Shown: positions 18,101 through 33,100 of the stretch, piece by piece
How positions within the stretch are numbered: the stretch's first letter is position 1
Layout of the letters: each line of letters starts with the position of its first letter
Assembly: GCA_964648415.1 (NCBI GenBank)
Contig: CAZYOC010000001.1
Coordinates: 1 to 53,394 of the forward strand
Origin: an uncultured bacterium
GTDB taxonomy: Bacteria > Electryoneota > Electryoneia > Electryoneales > Electryoneaceae
DNA: 53,394 bases
Reading direction: 5' to 3'
The notes under the pieces: model-generated
What the model saw: only the letters and a program-made list of their open reading frames with translations
What the model was told of the DNA's origin: nothing
Database searches by the model: none
Program-made: the position numbers and the translations under genes

Positions 18101-21100
18101 CCAACGGGAACACGTATTACTGGACCGTGCGCGCCAAGGACGACAACGGCAACGAGACCTCGGCGAACCAGACCTGGTCGTTCGACATCTCGGTGAACGA
18201 TCCGCCGACCGCGTTCAGCCTGGCCAGTCCCGCCGATGCGACCACCTCTTCCACAGCATCGGTGACGTTGACCTGGGACGCCTCCACCGATCCCGAGGGC
18301 GGACCGATTACCTACAACCTCTATGTCAGCACCGATGCGGGGGATCTGGGAACGCCGGTGGCCTCCGGCCTGACCGGGACGTCGAACACCTTTAACGGTT
18401 CCGATGACACCCAGTATTACTGGACTGTACGCGCCTACGACAGCGCCGGCAACATGACCCAGGCCGATCAGACCTGGAGCTTTGATGTTTATGTGGAGGA
18501 GAGTCCGGCGGCGTTCAACCTCGCGGCTCCCGGCGACGGCAGCACGATGGGGGCGACCGCGGTCAACCTCTCGTGGGATGCGAGCACCGACCCCGACGGC
18601 GACGCGGTTACCTACGATGTCTATGTCAGCACCGACGCCGGTAACCTGGGAACTCCGGTCGCAACCGACCTGGCGGGGACCAGCTATACCTACAACGGCA
18701 CAGACCTGACCACCTATTACTGGACCGTCTACGCCAGGGATCCCAACGGCAACCAGACCCAGGCCATCGAGACCTGGAGCTTCGATATTGATGTCGATTA
18801 CGCGCCCGACGCGTTCAACCTGCTGACCCCGGCGGACGGGACCGTGTCGAGTACAGTCGCCGTGCCCCTGACCTGGGAAAGCACTACCGACGCCGACGGC
18901 GAAACCATCACCTACGATGTGTATGTCAGCACCGATGCGGGCAACCTGGGGACGCCGGTCGCTACGGATCTCAGCGCTACCAGCTACACGTTCAACGGCG
19001 CGGACAATACCACCTATTACTGGACGATCCGCGCAAAAGACGGGGCCAACGAGACCCAAGCCAACCAGACCTGGAGCTTCTCCACGGACGAAGAGTTTGC
19101 CCCTGATCCGTTTAATCTGACATCACCGTCCGATTTTCACATCTTTAACTCCACTACCACCATCGCGCTGGATTGGGAAGCGACCACGGACCCCGATGGC
19201 GACCCGGTGACCTACGATGTTTACGTGTCCACCACCCAGGGTGATCTTGGTACTCTGGTAGCCGATGATATTGCCGTGTCCAACTACGACTTTTCCGGTT
19301 CGGATGGCGAAGAATACTGGTGGACTGTGTTCGCGTTCGATGACAACGGCAACTCCACCCAGTCCAACCAGACCTGGAAGTTCAGCATCTTTATCCAGGA
19401 AGTACCCGGGGCGTTTGACCTGCTCGATCCCACCAATGGGGAAACCGTTTATACCCTGGATGTGCCGTTGAGTTGGGAAGCCTCTGTCGATCCCGACCCG
19501 GGCGACAACGTGGTCTACGATGTGTATGTGGGAACCCAGATCTGGAACTTGGGGCAGGTGGCTACCGGCGTGACGGGAACCTCGTACACCTACACCGGTA
19601 TTGACGGCAACACGTATTACTGGACGGTGGACGCCCGCGATGCCGTGGGCAACACCACCACCGCCAGCCAGACCTGGTCCTTCACCATCGACTATGAACC
19701 CCCGCCTGCGGCCTTCAACCTGACCAGTCCGGCGGATGGGACGGTGTCCGGCACAAACTCCGTGGACCTGGACTGGGAGACCACGACCGACCCGGACGGC
19801 GGCGCGATTACGTATGACGTCTATGTCAGCACCGATCCCGGAAACATGGGCGCGGCGGTCGCCACTGGTCTGAACACGACTTCGTACACCTTCAACGGCA
19901 GCGACGACACTCAGTACTACTGGACCGTCCACGCTCTCGACCCGGATGGCGGTGAAACCACCGCCAACCAGACCTGGGGCTTCTCGATCTATGTGGAAGA
20001 AGCGCCCGGGGCGTTTGATCTGAGCAGCCCGGCTGATGCGGCGACGGAACCGGCGGCCACGGTCTCGCTGGCGTGGGACGCCTCGGTCGATCCCGACGGT
20101 GATGCGGTGACGTATGATGTCTACGTCAGCACCGATGCGGGCAACCTGGGAACTCCAGTCGCCACGGACCTTTCGGCGACCACTTACGACTTCACCGGCA
20201 GCGATAACACGACCTACTACTGGACCATCCAGGCGAAGGATCCCAACGGCAACGCGACCGACGCCAACCAGACCTGGTCGTTCGATATTTTCGTGGACGA
20301 TCCGCCCGACGCCTTCAGTTTGGCAAGTCCGGCGGACGGGTCCACGCAGGGTGCAGCGACAGTCTCACTGACCTGGAACGCGGCGACCGACCCCGAGGGA
20401 CTGGCGGTTACCTACGATGTCTACGTCAGCACCGATGCGGGCAACCTGGAAACGCCCGTCACCACTGACCTGGCCGCTACAACTTACGACTACACCGGCA
20501 GTGACAATACGACTTATTACTGGACTGTACACGCCAAGGATCCGGCCGGCAACGAGACCCCGGCCAGCGAAACCCGGAGCTTCGACATCTACGTGGAAGA
20601 AGCCCCGGGTGCGTTTGACCTGACCGGACCGGCCGACGGCTCCACGCAGACATCGTTGACCGTCACCATGACTTGGGACGCCTCGACAGATCCCGATGGT
20701 GACGATGTAACCTACGATGTCTACGCCAGCACCGACGCCGGGGATGTCTTCAGCAACCAGGTCGCTTCGGACCTGACCGCTGCGACCTACGATTTCACCG
20801 GCAGCGACAACACGACCTACTACTGGAGCGTCCGGGCGAAGGATCCCAACGGCAACGAGACTGACGCCAACCAGACCTGGTCGTTCGACATCGTGTATGA
20901 CGATCCGCCCGACGCTTTCAGCCTGGATTCCCCGGCCGACGCGAGCACCAGCCCCACGGCGACTGTGAGCCTGGCCTGGAACTCTACGACCGATCCGGAA
21001 GGGCAGGACGTGACCTACGATGTTTATGTCAGCACGGATATGGGGACGCTGTTCGATGCCCCGGTCGAAAGCGATCTCTCGGTTTTGACCTATGACTTTG

Positions 21101-24100
21101 CCGGGCTGGATGATTCGACTTATTACTGGACGGTGCGGGCAAAAGACGAGAACGGCAACGAGCGGCAGGCGTCGGAGACCTGGACCTTCGATATCTACGT
21201 GGAAGAAGCGCCCGATGCGTTTAATCTGCTCTCGGTCGCCGATGGAACCACGTCGAACACCCTGACCGTGGACCTGGCCTGGGAGAGCACGTCCGACCCC
21301 GACGGCGACAACATCACGTACGATGTCTACGTCAGCACCGACGCGGGCGATCTCGGTACTCCGGTCGCCGCGGACCTCAACGTCACGATATATACCTTCA
21401 CCGGCCTGGACGATTCGACCTATTACTGGACCGTGTTCGCAAAAGACCCCAACGGCAACGAGACCCAGGCGACACAGACCTGGAGCTTCGATATTTATGT
21501 GGAAGAAGCTCCGGACGCTTTCAGTCTGACAAGTCCGGCGGACGTTTCCACGCAGACCAGCACAACCGTTACGCTGACTTGGAACGCCAGTGCGGATCCA
21601 GACGGCGATGCGGTGACATACGATGTCTACGTCAGCACCGACGCGGGCAACCTGGGCGCTCCGGTGGCGACGGACCTGACTGTGCTGACCTACGACCACA
21701 CCGGCAGCGACGATGTGACCTATTATTGGACCGTGGTCGCCAAGGATCCCAACGGCAACGAGACCCAGGCGAGTGAGACCTGGAGCTTCGAGATTTACAT
21801 CGAAGAAGCCCCGGGTGCGTTCGACCTGGCCAGTCCGGCGGACGGGACCACGTCGAGCACGGCCACCGTGACCCTGACCTGGAACGCCAGCACCGATCCG
21901 GACGGCGACGCGGTGGTGTACGATGTCTATGTCAGCACGGACGCGGGCGACCTCGGCACGCCGGTGGCGACGGACCTGGGCGCGCTGACCTGGGACTTCA
22001 CCGGCCTGGACGATTCCACCTATTACTGGACGGTTCACGCGAAAGACGGCAACGGCAACGATGTCGCCGCCAACCAGACCTGGAGCTTTGACATCTACGT
22101 GGAAGAAGCTCCGGACGCTTTCAGTCTGGCCAGTCCGGCGGACGCTTCCACGCAGACCAGCACCACCGTTACGCTGGCCTGGAACGCGACAACCGACCCC
22201 GACGGCGACGCGGTAACCTATGACGTGTATGTCAGCACCGACGCCGGTAACCTGGGGACACCGGTGGCGACGGATCTGACCGTGCTGACCTATGACCATA
22301 CCGGTAGCGACGACCAGACGTACTACTGGACCGTGGTGGCGAAAGACCCCAACGGCAACGAGACCCCGGCGAGCGAGACCCGGAGCTTCGACATTTACAT
22401 TGAAGAGGCTCCGCAGGCGTTCGACCTGAGCAGCCCGGCGGACAGTTACGTCAGCCCGGTGACCAATGTAGCGCTGACCTGGGATGCGACCACGGACCCG
22501 GATGGCGATGCGGTGACGTACGATGTCTACGTCAGCACCGATGCGGGCAACCTCGGTACGCCGGTGGCGACGGATCTGAGCGCCCTCACCTACAACTACA
22601 CCGGCAGCGACGACCAGACGTATTACTGGACCGTCGTCGCAAAAGACCCCAACGGCAATGAGACCAGCGCCGCCTCGACCTGGAGCTTCGACATCTATAT
22701 CGAAGAAGCCCCGGGCGCGTTTGACCTGGCGAGCCCGGCGGACGGCTCCGTGCAGGGAGCGACCACCGTAACCCTGACCTGGAACACCAGCACCGACCCG
22801 GACGGCGACGCGGTGACGTATGATGTCTACGTCAGCACCGACGCCGGCAACGTGTTCGGCAGCCCGGTGGCGACGGATCTGAACGCCACGACCTACGACT
22901 TCACCGGCAGCGACAACCAGACCTATTTCTGGAGTGTGCGGGCGAAGGATCCCAACGGCAGCGTGACCACCGCCAACCAGACATGGGACTTCGAGATCTA
23001 CGTGGAAGAAGCCCCGGGTGCGTTCAGTCTGACCAGCCCGGCGGACGGTTCAACCCTCGGCGCGATCACCGCGACCCTGGAGTGGGGTGCGTCGGTGGAC
23101 CCGGACGGCGACGCGGTGACGTATGATGTCTATGTAAGCACCGACCTGGGTACGCTGTTCGATGCGCCGGTCGCCACTGATTTGACCGTGCGCAGCTACG
23201 ACCATACCGGCAGCGACAATACGACGTACCATTGGGCGATCATCGCGAAGGATCCCAACGGCAACGAGACTCAGTCGACGCAGACCTGGAGCTTCGACAT
23301 TTATGTGGAAGAGGCCCCGGTGGCGTTTGACCTGACCAGCCCCGCGGATGCGACGGTGTCCTCCACGACAACGGTTACCCTGAACTGGAACAGCACCATC
23401 GATCCGGATGGCGACGCGGTGACGTACGATGTTTACGTCAGCACTGACGCCGGCAATCTGGGCGCGCCGGTGGCGACCGACCTGGTTGCCTCCAGCTACG
23501 ATTACACCGGCAGCGACGACCAGACGTATTACTGGACTGTCCGGGCGAAAGACCCCAACGGCAACGAGACCCAGGCCAACCAGACCTGGAGCTTCAGCAT
23601 CTACGTGGAAGAAGCTCCCAACGCGTTCAGCCTGACCAGCCCGGCCGATGCGACCGTATCGCCCGCAGTGGATGTCACCCTGAACTGGAACAGTACCACC
23701 GACCCGGACGGCGACCCGGTGACCTACGATCTGTATGTCAGCACCGACGCCGGCAACCTGGGTACGCCCATCGCGTCCGACATAACCGTGACGACCTACG
23801 ATTTCACCGGTACGGATGATGAGACGTATTACTGGACCGTGGTGGCGAAGGACGGCAACGGCAACGAGACCCAGGCCACTCAGACCTGGAGCTTCAGCAT
23901 TTACGTGGAAGAGGCCCCCAACACGTTCAGCCTTGCCGGACCGGCTTCCGGGACGGTATCGGGCGCGGTGGACGTGGCGCTGAGCTGGAACAGCACCACC
24001 GACCCCGACGGCGACGCGGTGACTTATGACGTGTATGTCAGCACCGACGCCGGCAACATGGGGACGCCGGTCGCCAGTGATCTGACCACCACCAACTACA

Positions 24101-27100
24101 CCTTCACCGGCAGTGACAACACGCAGTACTGGTGGACGGTGCGGGCGAAGGATCCCAACGGCAACGAGACCCAGGCGTCGCAGACCTGGAGCTTCAGCAT
24201 TTACGTGGAAGAAGCCCCGAACCCGTTCACGCTTGCAAACCCGCCGGACGGCTCTACGCATGAAAGTGAAAACGTCACGGTCACCTGGAACCTGACCACG
24301 GACCCCGACGGCGACCCGATTTACTACGACATCTATATCTCGACAGATCCGGGCGATATGGGAACGCCGGTGGTCGACAGCCTCCCCGGGCCGTCGTACA
24401 CTTACACCGGCAACGACCTGACGACCTACTACTGGACCGTGGTCGCTTACGATGACAACGGCAACGAGACGCAAGCGAACCAGACCTGGTCGTTCTTCAT
24501 CGACATCGAGCATGAACCGGGCGAGTTCGATCTGGCCGGGCCGAACTCCGGCTGGATCTCGCCCTCCGCCACGGTGACGCTGGAATGGGAAACCTCGGTG
24601 GATCCCGACGGCGACCCGGTGACGTACGATGTCTTCCTCGGCCCAACAGCAGGCAGCTTGACCGAAACCGTTTCGGATCTGACCGATACCACGTATGAAT
24701 TTACCGGCAACGATGATTCTCAATACTGGTGGACCGTCCAGGCCAGCGATGACAACGCCAACGAAGTGTGGGCGGACAACACCTGGAACTTCAGCATTTA
24801 TGTGGAAGAGGCCCCGGGAGCGTTCTCGCTGTCCAGCCCGGCGGACGGTCACACTGCGCCGGACACCCTGGTGGCGTTGTCCTGGACCGCCTCTGTCGAT
24901 CCCGACGGCGACCCGGTCAGCTACGATGTCTACGTCAGCACCGATCCGGGCGATCTGGGAATGCCGGTGGCGTCCGATGTCACCGGCACGACCTACACCT
25001 TCGACGGGGAAGACGATACCCAGTATTACTGGACCGTGACAGCGAAGGATAACAACTCCAACTCGACCCCGGTGGGGGAGACCCGCAGCTTCAGCATTTA
25101 CCGGGAAGAAGCCCCGCAGCCCTTCACCCTCGTCTCGCCGGCCAACGGCGCGGTGATGGGAACGTCTACAGTGACGCTGACCTGGAACACCACCACCGAT
25201 CCGGACGGCGACGCGGTGACCTATGACGTATATGTCAGCACCGACGCCGGGACTCTGTTCGACACGCCGACCGCGACCGATCTGACCAGTGCGACGTATG
25301 ACTTCAGCGGCAGTGACGATACGCGCTACCACTGGGGCGTGGTCGCGAAGGACCCCAACGGCAACGAGACCCAGTCGACCAACACACGCTACTTTGATAT
25401 CTACGTGGAAGAAGCGCCGGGCGCGTTTACCCTGACCAGTCCCGCCAACGGGCAGGTGATGGGTGCGACCTCTGTCAGCCTGCAGTGGAGCGCCTCAGTG
25501 GATCCCGACGGCGACCCGGTGGTGTATGACGTGTATGTCAGCACCGACGCGGGCGACCTGGGTACGCCGGTCGCCGGCGGCATCAGCGCCACGCAGTGGA
25601 CCTTCAACGGCAGCGATGATGTGACCTATTACTGGTCCGTCACCGCTCGCGACAACCACAGCAACTCCACCCCGGTTGGCGAGACCCGCAGCTTCAGTAT
25701 TTACGTGGAAGAATCCCCGCTGGCGTTCAACCTGACCAGCCCGGCCAACGGGACCATTTCCGGCAGCGCCACGGTGACCCTGAACTGGGCGGCGACCTCC
25801 GACCCGGACGGCGATGACGTCACCTATGATGTGTATGTCAGCACCGACGCCGGCAACATGGGGACTCCGGTCGCCAGTGATTTGACCGTCAACAACTACA
25901 TCTTCAACGGCAACGACGACACGCGGTATTACTGGACCGTACGCGCGAAGGATCCCAACGGCAACGAGACCCAGGCGAACCAGACCTGGTGGTTCGAGAC
26001 CTATGTGGAAGAAGCGCCGAGCACGTTCAGCCTGGTCAGCCCCGATAGCGGCAACGTGATGGGCGCCACCGCAGTGACCTTGCAGTGGAACGCTTCCACC
26101 GATCCCGATGGCGACCCGGTGCGCTACGATGTCTATGTCAGCACCGACGCGGGTAACCTGGGCACACCGGTAGCGACCAACCTCACCGGGACATCGTATA
26201 CCTACAACGGCAGCGATGATACGCAGTACTGGTGGACCGTGCGCGCCCGGGACAACAACGGCAACGCCACCAACGCCAGCGAGACCTGGTCGTTCGATAT
26301 TTACGTGGAAGAGCCCCCGAGCGCCTTCAGCCTGGTCAACCCGGCGGACGGTACGGTATCGCCCACCACGGCAGTGGATCTGAGCTGGAACACTTCCACC
26401 GACCCGGACGGCGATGATGTCACATATGACGTGTACGTCAGCACCGACGCGGGCAACCTGGGAACCCCGGTCGCATCCGACCTGACCACCACCAGCTACA
26501 CCTTCAACGGCAGCGACGACACGAGCTATTACTGGACGGTGCGGGCCAAAGACCCCAATGGCAACGAGACGCAGGCCACGCAGACCTGGCAGTTCGAGAT
26601 CTACGTGGAAGAAGGCCCCGACGCCTTCTCGCTGTCCAGCCCCGCAGACGGCACAGTGTCAGGCAGCGCGACGGTAAGCCTTGTCTGGAACACCACCACC
26701 GATCCGGACGGCGACGCGGTGACGTATGACGTCTATGCCGGCACCGACGCCGGTGACCTGCTCAGCTCGCCGGTGGCGACGGACCTGACCGTGGCGAATT
26801 ACGACTTCACCGGCCTGGACGATTCTACCTACACCTGGACTGTGATCGCAAAAGATCCCAACGGCAACGAGACGCAGGCGAGCGAAACCTGGACCTTCAG
26901 CATTTACGTGGAAGAACCGCCGCCGGCATTCAGTCTGCTGACCCCGACTGATGCATCGACCGAACCAGCTACAGATGTCGAACTGACCTGGGAACCAGCT
27001 CCCGACCCGGATGGCGACGATGTCACCTACGATGTCTTTGTCAGCCTCGATCCGGGCGACCTGGGAACCGCGGTGGCGACCGGTTTGACCACCACCAGCC

Positions 27101-30100
27101 ATACTTTCAGCGGTGATGACGACTCGACCTACACCTGGACGGTGCGCGCCAACGACACCAACGGCAACTCCACCGATGCGACCGAAACCTGGACGTTTGA
27201 CATCCATGTGGAAGAAGCGCCGCTGGCATTCAACATGATCAGCCCGGCCGACGGCGCGGTGTCACCCAATGCCGCCGTTACGCTTCAGTGGCAGAACACC
27301 ACCGACCCGGACGGCGACACGGTTGTGTTTGACGTGTATGTCAGCCATGACGCGGGCGATCTGGGAACTCCGGTGGCGACGGACCTGAGCACGACCAGCT
27401 ACACCTATACCGGTGATGACGATTCGACCTATTACTGGTCGGTCTTCGCCAGGGATGGTAATGGCAGCGAAACCCAGGCAAGCAATGGCATTTGGGAGTT
27501 CTCGATTTACGTGGAAGAAGCTCCCGGCGCATTCAGCCTGCTGAGTCCGGTCAACGGCGCCATCCGCTCCACAGCCACCGTAAACCTCCAGTGGACCGCC
27601 TCGGTGGATCCTGACGGCGACGCGGTGACCTACGACATCTTCGTCAGCACCGATCCCGGGAATATGGGGACTCCGGTGCAGACCGGCGTCACCGCCACGA
27701 GCTGGACCTTCAACGGCAACGACGATACCCAGTACTGGTGGACCGTACGAGCCAACGATCCCAACGGCAACCAGACCATGGCGACCAATACCCGCACCTT
27801 CAGCATCTACGTGGAAGAGGCGCCCGAACCCTTTAGCCTGCTGTCTCCGGCGGATGGAACCGTCTCCGGAACCGACGAAGTGACGTTGATCTGGGAAAAC
27901 ACCATCGAGCCCGACGGTGACCCGGTGGAGTACGATCTGTATGTCAGCACCGATCTGAACAACCTGGGTACGCCGATCGCGGATAATATCACCGACACCA
28001 CGTACTCTTTCACCGGCAGCGACGACCAGACCTATTACTGGACGGTTGTTGCTTATGATGATCAGAACAACGACACCCCCGCCGACCAGACCTGGTCCTT
28101 CGAGATCTACATCGAAGAGCCGCCGTCAGCCTTCGCACTGGCGACCCCCGACAGCGGCATCGTGTCGCCCGATACGGTCGTGACCCTGACCTGGGACCGT
28201 TCGACCGACCCCGACGGCGACGCGTTGACCTACGATGTCTATGTCAGCACTGACATGAACAACCTGGGGACGCCCGTAGCCGAGAACCTCACCGACACCA
28301 GCTACACGTTCACCGGGGACGACGATACGCAGTACTGGTGGACGGTGGAAGTGGACGACGGCAACGGGAACGTGGTGCAGGCGGATCAGACCTGGAGCTT
28401 CGATATCGACGTTGAGGACGTCCCCGACACGTTTACGCTCCTGAGCCCGGCCGACGGCAGCACTTCGCCGACCGCTACTGTGGATCTCACCTGGCAGAGC
28501 ACCAGCGACCTGGACAGCGACCCCATTACATACGATCTGTATGTCAGTACTGACCTGAACAATCTGGGCGCGCCGGTACAGACCGGCCTGACCGACACCA
28601 CCGCGAGCTTTACCGGCAGCGACGACACCGCCTACTGGTGGACCGTGATCGCCGATGACGGCAACGGAAATACCGTGGCGGCGACGGATACCTTCGGCTT
28701 CGACATCTATGTGGAAGAGTATCCCAACGCTTTCGCGCTTCTGTCGCCGGACAGCGGGCATGTCTCGCCGGGGACGGACGTGACCCTGATCTGGACCTCC
28801 ACCAGCGATCCGGACGGCGACGCTGTGAGTTACGACCTGTTCATCAGCACCGACATGAACAACCTGGGCGCAGCGGTCGCTACGGACCTGACGGACACCA
28901 GCTACGCTTTCACCGGCAATGATGACACCGAGTATTGGTGGACCGTGGTCGCCGGAGACGTTAATGGGAACGAAACCGCCGCGCCGGATACCTTCAGCTT
29001 CAGTATCTACGTGGAAGAAGGCCCGGGCGCGTTTACCCTGGCCACACCGGCTGATGGCAGTGTGGAGCCGGACACCGATGTGCTACTGATCTGGGACACC
29101 TCGACCGATCCCGACGGGGATGCGGTGACGTACGATCTTTACCTGGCCAACGATGTCGGCGGCCTCGCGACGCCGTACCAGACCGGATTGACAGATACGT
29201 TCTACACCTTCACCGGTACGGACAACACGAGCCGGCTGTGGACTGTGGTCGCCGGCGATCCCAACGGCAATACGACCGCGGCGGCGGATACCTTCAGCTT
29301 TGATATTTATGTGGAAGAGCCACCCGCAGCGTTCGATCTGGTCGCTCCCGACAGCGGCTGGACCTCGCCCTGGCTGGATGTGGATCTGAGCTGGGACTAT
29401 TCCAGCGATCCCGACGGCGATGTGCTGTTCTACGATGTGTACGTCAGCACCGACCAGGGCAACCCGGGCGCGCCGGTGATGACCGATCTGACCGATTCCA
29501 CCTGGACCTTTGCTGCTGTGCATGGCAATACTTACTGGTGGACGGTGGAAGTGGACGATGGCAACGGGAACGTGGTGCAGGCGAGCCAGACCTGGAGCTT
29601 CGAGGTGGACACCAGCCTCGCCGGACAGGCCCCGCTGGCGTTCGACCTCGCCAGCCCGGACAGCGGCGCGACAATCGCGACCGAAGATGTCCTGCTGACC
29701 TGGTTCCCGACCACAGACCCCAACGGCGATGACATTGTCTACGATGTGTATGTCCACCAGGCGCAAGGACAATTGCTGACCACACCGGTCGCCACCGATC
29801 TGACCAACACCTCGTATACTTATACCGGCGTCCACGATACACCCTACTGGTGGACGATCATTGCGCGTGATCCGATTGGCAACCAGACCCAGGCCAACCA
29901 GACCTGGCGGTTCCATGTTCATACCGCCAACCCGGGCAACGCGCCGGGCGCGTTCAGCCTCACCGGTCCCGACAGCGGCTGGGTGTCGCCGAGCACTGAT
30001 GTCCTGCTGAGCTGGGAAGAATCTATTGACGCCGACGGTGACGATGTGCTGTATGATGTGTTCGTCAGCCAGACCGCGGGCGTGATCGGAACACGGGTCG

Positions 30101-33100
30101 CCTCCAACCTGAACGGAACCAGTTATATCCACAGCGGCGGCAACGGCGATACGCTTTACTGGACCGTGCAGGCCAAGGACCCGAGCGGCAACTACACCCA
30201 GGCCAACGAGACCTGGAGCTACTCGATTGACGTGTCGGGCGCCGACCAGCCGCCGACCGCGTTCGGCCTGGCCGGCCCCAGCGATGGGTCTGTGCAGCCC
30301 GTGACGGACGTGCTGCTGAGCTGGGAACCCTCCAGCGACCCGGAAGGGATGGACGTCAGCTATGAAGTCTATGCCTCGACTGTTCAGGGCTTCCTCGGCA
30401 GCCGGGTGGCGAGTGATCTGACAGGCTTGAGCTACACCTTCACCGGCAGCAACAACGAAACCTACTACTGGACCATCATCGCGTACGACGAAGCGGGCAA
30501 CAGCACGCAGTCCGACGAGACCTGGTCCTTCGCTGTCGACACCTCACAGCAGAACAACGCCCCGGCGGCGTTCTCGCTGGTGTCGCCCGACAGCGGCTGG
30601 ACCTCGCCGAGCGCCGATGTGCTGCTGAGCTGGGAAAGCACGACCGATCCCGACGGCGATAACGTCACGTACGACGTCTACCTCAGCACCAGTTCTTCGG
30701 ATATCGGTACTCGAGTTGCAGCCAACCTGACCGGAACCAGCTACACCCACACCGGCGCGGACGGCGATACGCTGTTCTGGACGGTGCGGGCGGTGGATAC
30801 CTACGGCAACCAGACACAATCCAGCGAAACCTGGTCGTTTGACATCGACCTGGGCAACGCCAACCAGCCGCCGGCAGCGTTTACCCTGGCGAGCCCGAGC
30901 GACGGCTACGTGTCGCCGAGCACCGACGTGCTGATGACCTGGGAAACTTCGAGCGATCCCGAGGGCGGAGCGGTGACCTACGATGTCTATGTCTCGACCG
31001 TACCCGGCTTCCTGGGTACGCGGGTCGCCCACGACCTGAGCGGCGCGAGCCATACCTTCACCGGCAGCGACGCCACCAGTTACTACTGGACCGTGATCGC
31101 CGCAGACGCCGACGGCAACACCACCCAGTCGGATGTCACCTGGGCGTTCGAGATCGACCTGACCCAGGCGAACAACCCGCCCAACGCATTCTCGCTGGCA
31201 GCGCCCGACAGCGGCTGGACCTCGCCGAGTACGGATGTATTGCTGAGCTGGGAGAACGCTACCGATCCCGACGGCGATAATGTCACATACGACGTCTATA
31301 TCAGCAGCACATCGTCGGATATCGGTACACGTGTCGCCAGCGGCCTGACCGGAACCAGTTACAGCCATTCCGGCAGCGACGGCGATACCCTGTTCTGGAC
31401 GGTGCGCGCGGTGGACGACAACAACAACCAGACTCAATCGACCGAGAGCTGGTCGTTTGACATCGACCTCGGCAATGCCAACCAGCCGCCGGCCGCCTTT
31501 ACCCTGGCGAGCCCGAGCGACGGCTACGTGTCGCCCGCCACCGATGTGCTGATGACCTGGGAAGCCTCGAGCGATCCCGAGGGCGGAGCGGTGACCTACG
31601 ATGTGTACGTGTCCACCATCGCCGGCTTCCCGGGAACGCGTGTCGCCCACGACGTGAGCGGAACAAGCCACACATACAGCGGCAGCGACGGCGAAACGTA
31701 TTACTGGACGGTGATCGCTTCCGACGCCGACGGCAACACCACTCAGTCCGATGTCACCCGGTCGTTTGAGATCGACCTGACCCAGGCGAACAACGCGCCC
31801 GAGGCGTTCTCGCTGGTCGCACCGGACAGCGGCTGGACCTCGCCCAGCACGGATGTATTGCTGAGCTGGGAAAGCGCCACCGATCCCGATGGCGACGCGG
31901 TGACCTACGATCTGTACATCAGCACGACCTCCGCGGATATCGGAACACGTATCGCCAATGGTCTCACCGGGACCAGCTACAGCTACACCGGCAGCGACGG
32001 CGACACCCTGTTCTGGACCATCCGCGCGGTGGACGCCTTCGGCAACCAGACCCAATCGACCGAGAGCTGGTCGTTTGACATTGACCTGGGCAACGCCAAC
32101 CAGCCGCCGGCCGCCTTTACCCTGGCGAGCCCGAGCGACGGTTACGTGTCTCCCGCCACCGATGTGCTGATGACCTGGCAAGGCACGACCGATCCCGAAG
32201 GCGGAGCGGTGACCTACGATGTGTACGTGTCAACCACGCCCGGCTTCCTGGGGACGCGTGTCGCCAATGACCTGAACGCCACGAACTACACGTTCACCGG
32301 TAGCGACGCGGCGACGTATTACTGGACCGTGATCGCCGCCGACGCCAGCGGCAACACCACGCAGTCGACCGATACCTGGTCCTTTGAGATCGACCTGGGC
32401 AACGCCGACTCCGCGCCGACCGCGTTCTCGCTGGTCGCGCCCGACAGCGGCTGGACCTCGCCGAACACCGATGTCCTGCTGAGCTGGCAGGCAAGCAGCG
32501 ATCCCGACGGCGGCGACGTTACCTACGACCTGTACACCAGCGCCACTTCGGCGGACATCGGAACCCGGATCGCCAGTGGTCTCACCGGAACCAGCTACAG
32601 CTACTCCGCAAGCGACGGCGACACCCTGTTCTGGACCATCCGCGCGGTGGACGCCGGCAACAACCAGACACAATCGACTCAGAGCTGGTCGTTTACCATT
32701 GATATCAGTGTCGCCAACGATCCCCCGGCGGCCTTCACGCTGGTCAGCCCGGCCGATGGCTTCGTGTCGCCGGCAACCGATGTGCTGCTGACCTGGAACA
32801 CCACTACGGACCCGGAAGGCGCGGGGGTGACCTATGACGTGTACGCGTCGACCACGCCCGGCTTCCTGGGGACACGCATCGCCGACAATCTCGCCGGAAC
32901 CAGCTACACCTTCACCGGCAGCGATGGCGAAACGTACTACTGGACCGTGATCGCCTCGGATCCGAGCGGCAACTTCACCCAGGCCGACGAGACCTGGAGT
33001 TTCGAGATCGACACGCCGGTCTCCAACAACGCACCCAACGCGTTCAGCCTGACCGCGCCCGACAGCGGCTGGGCTTCCCCGAGCGCCGACGTGGTGCTGA

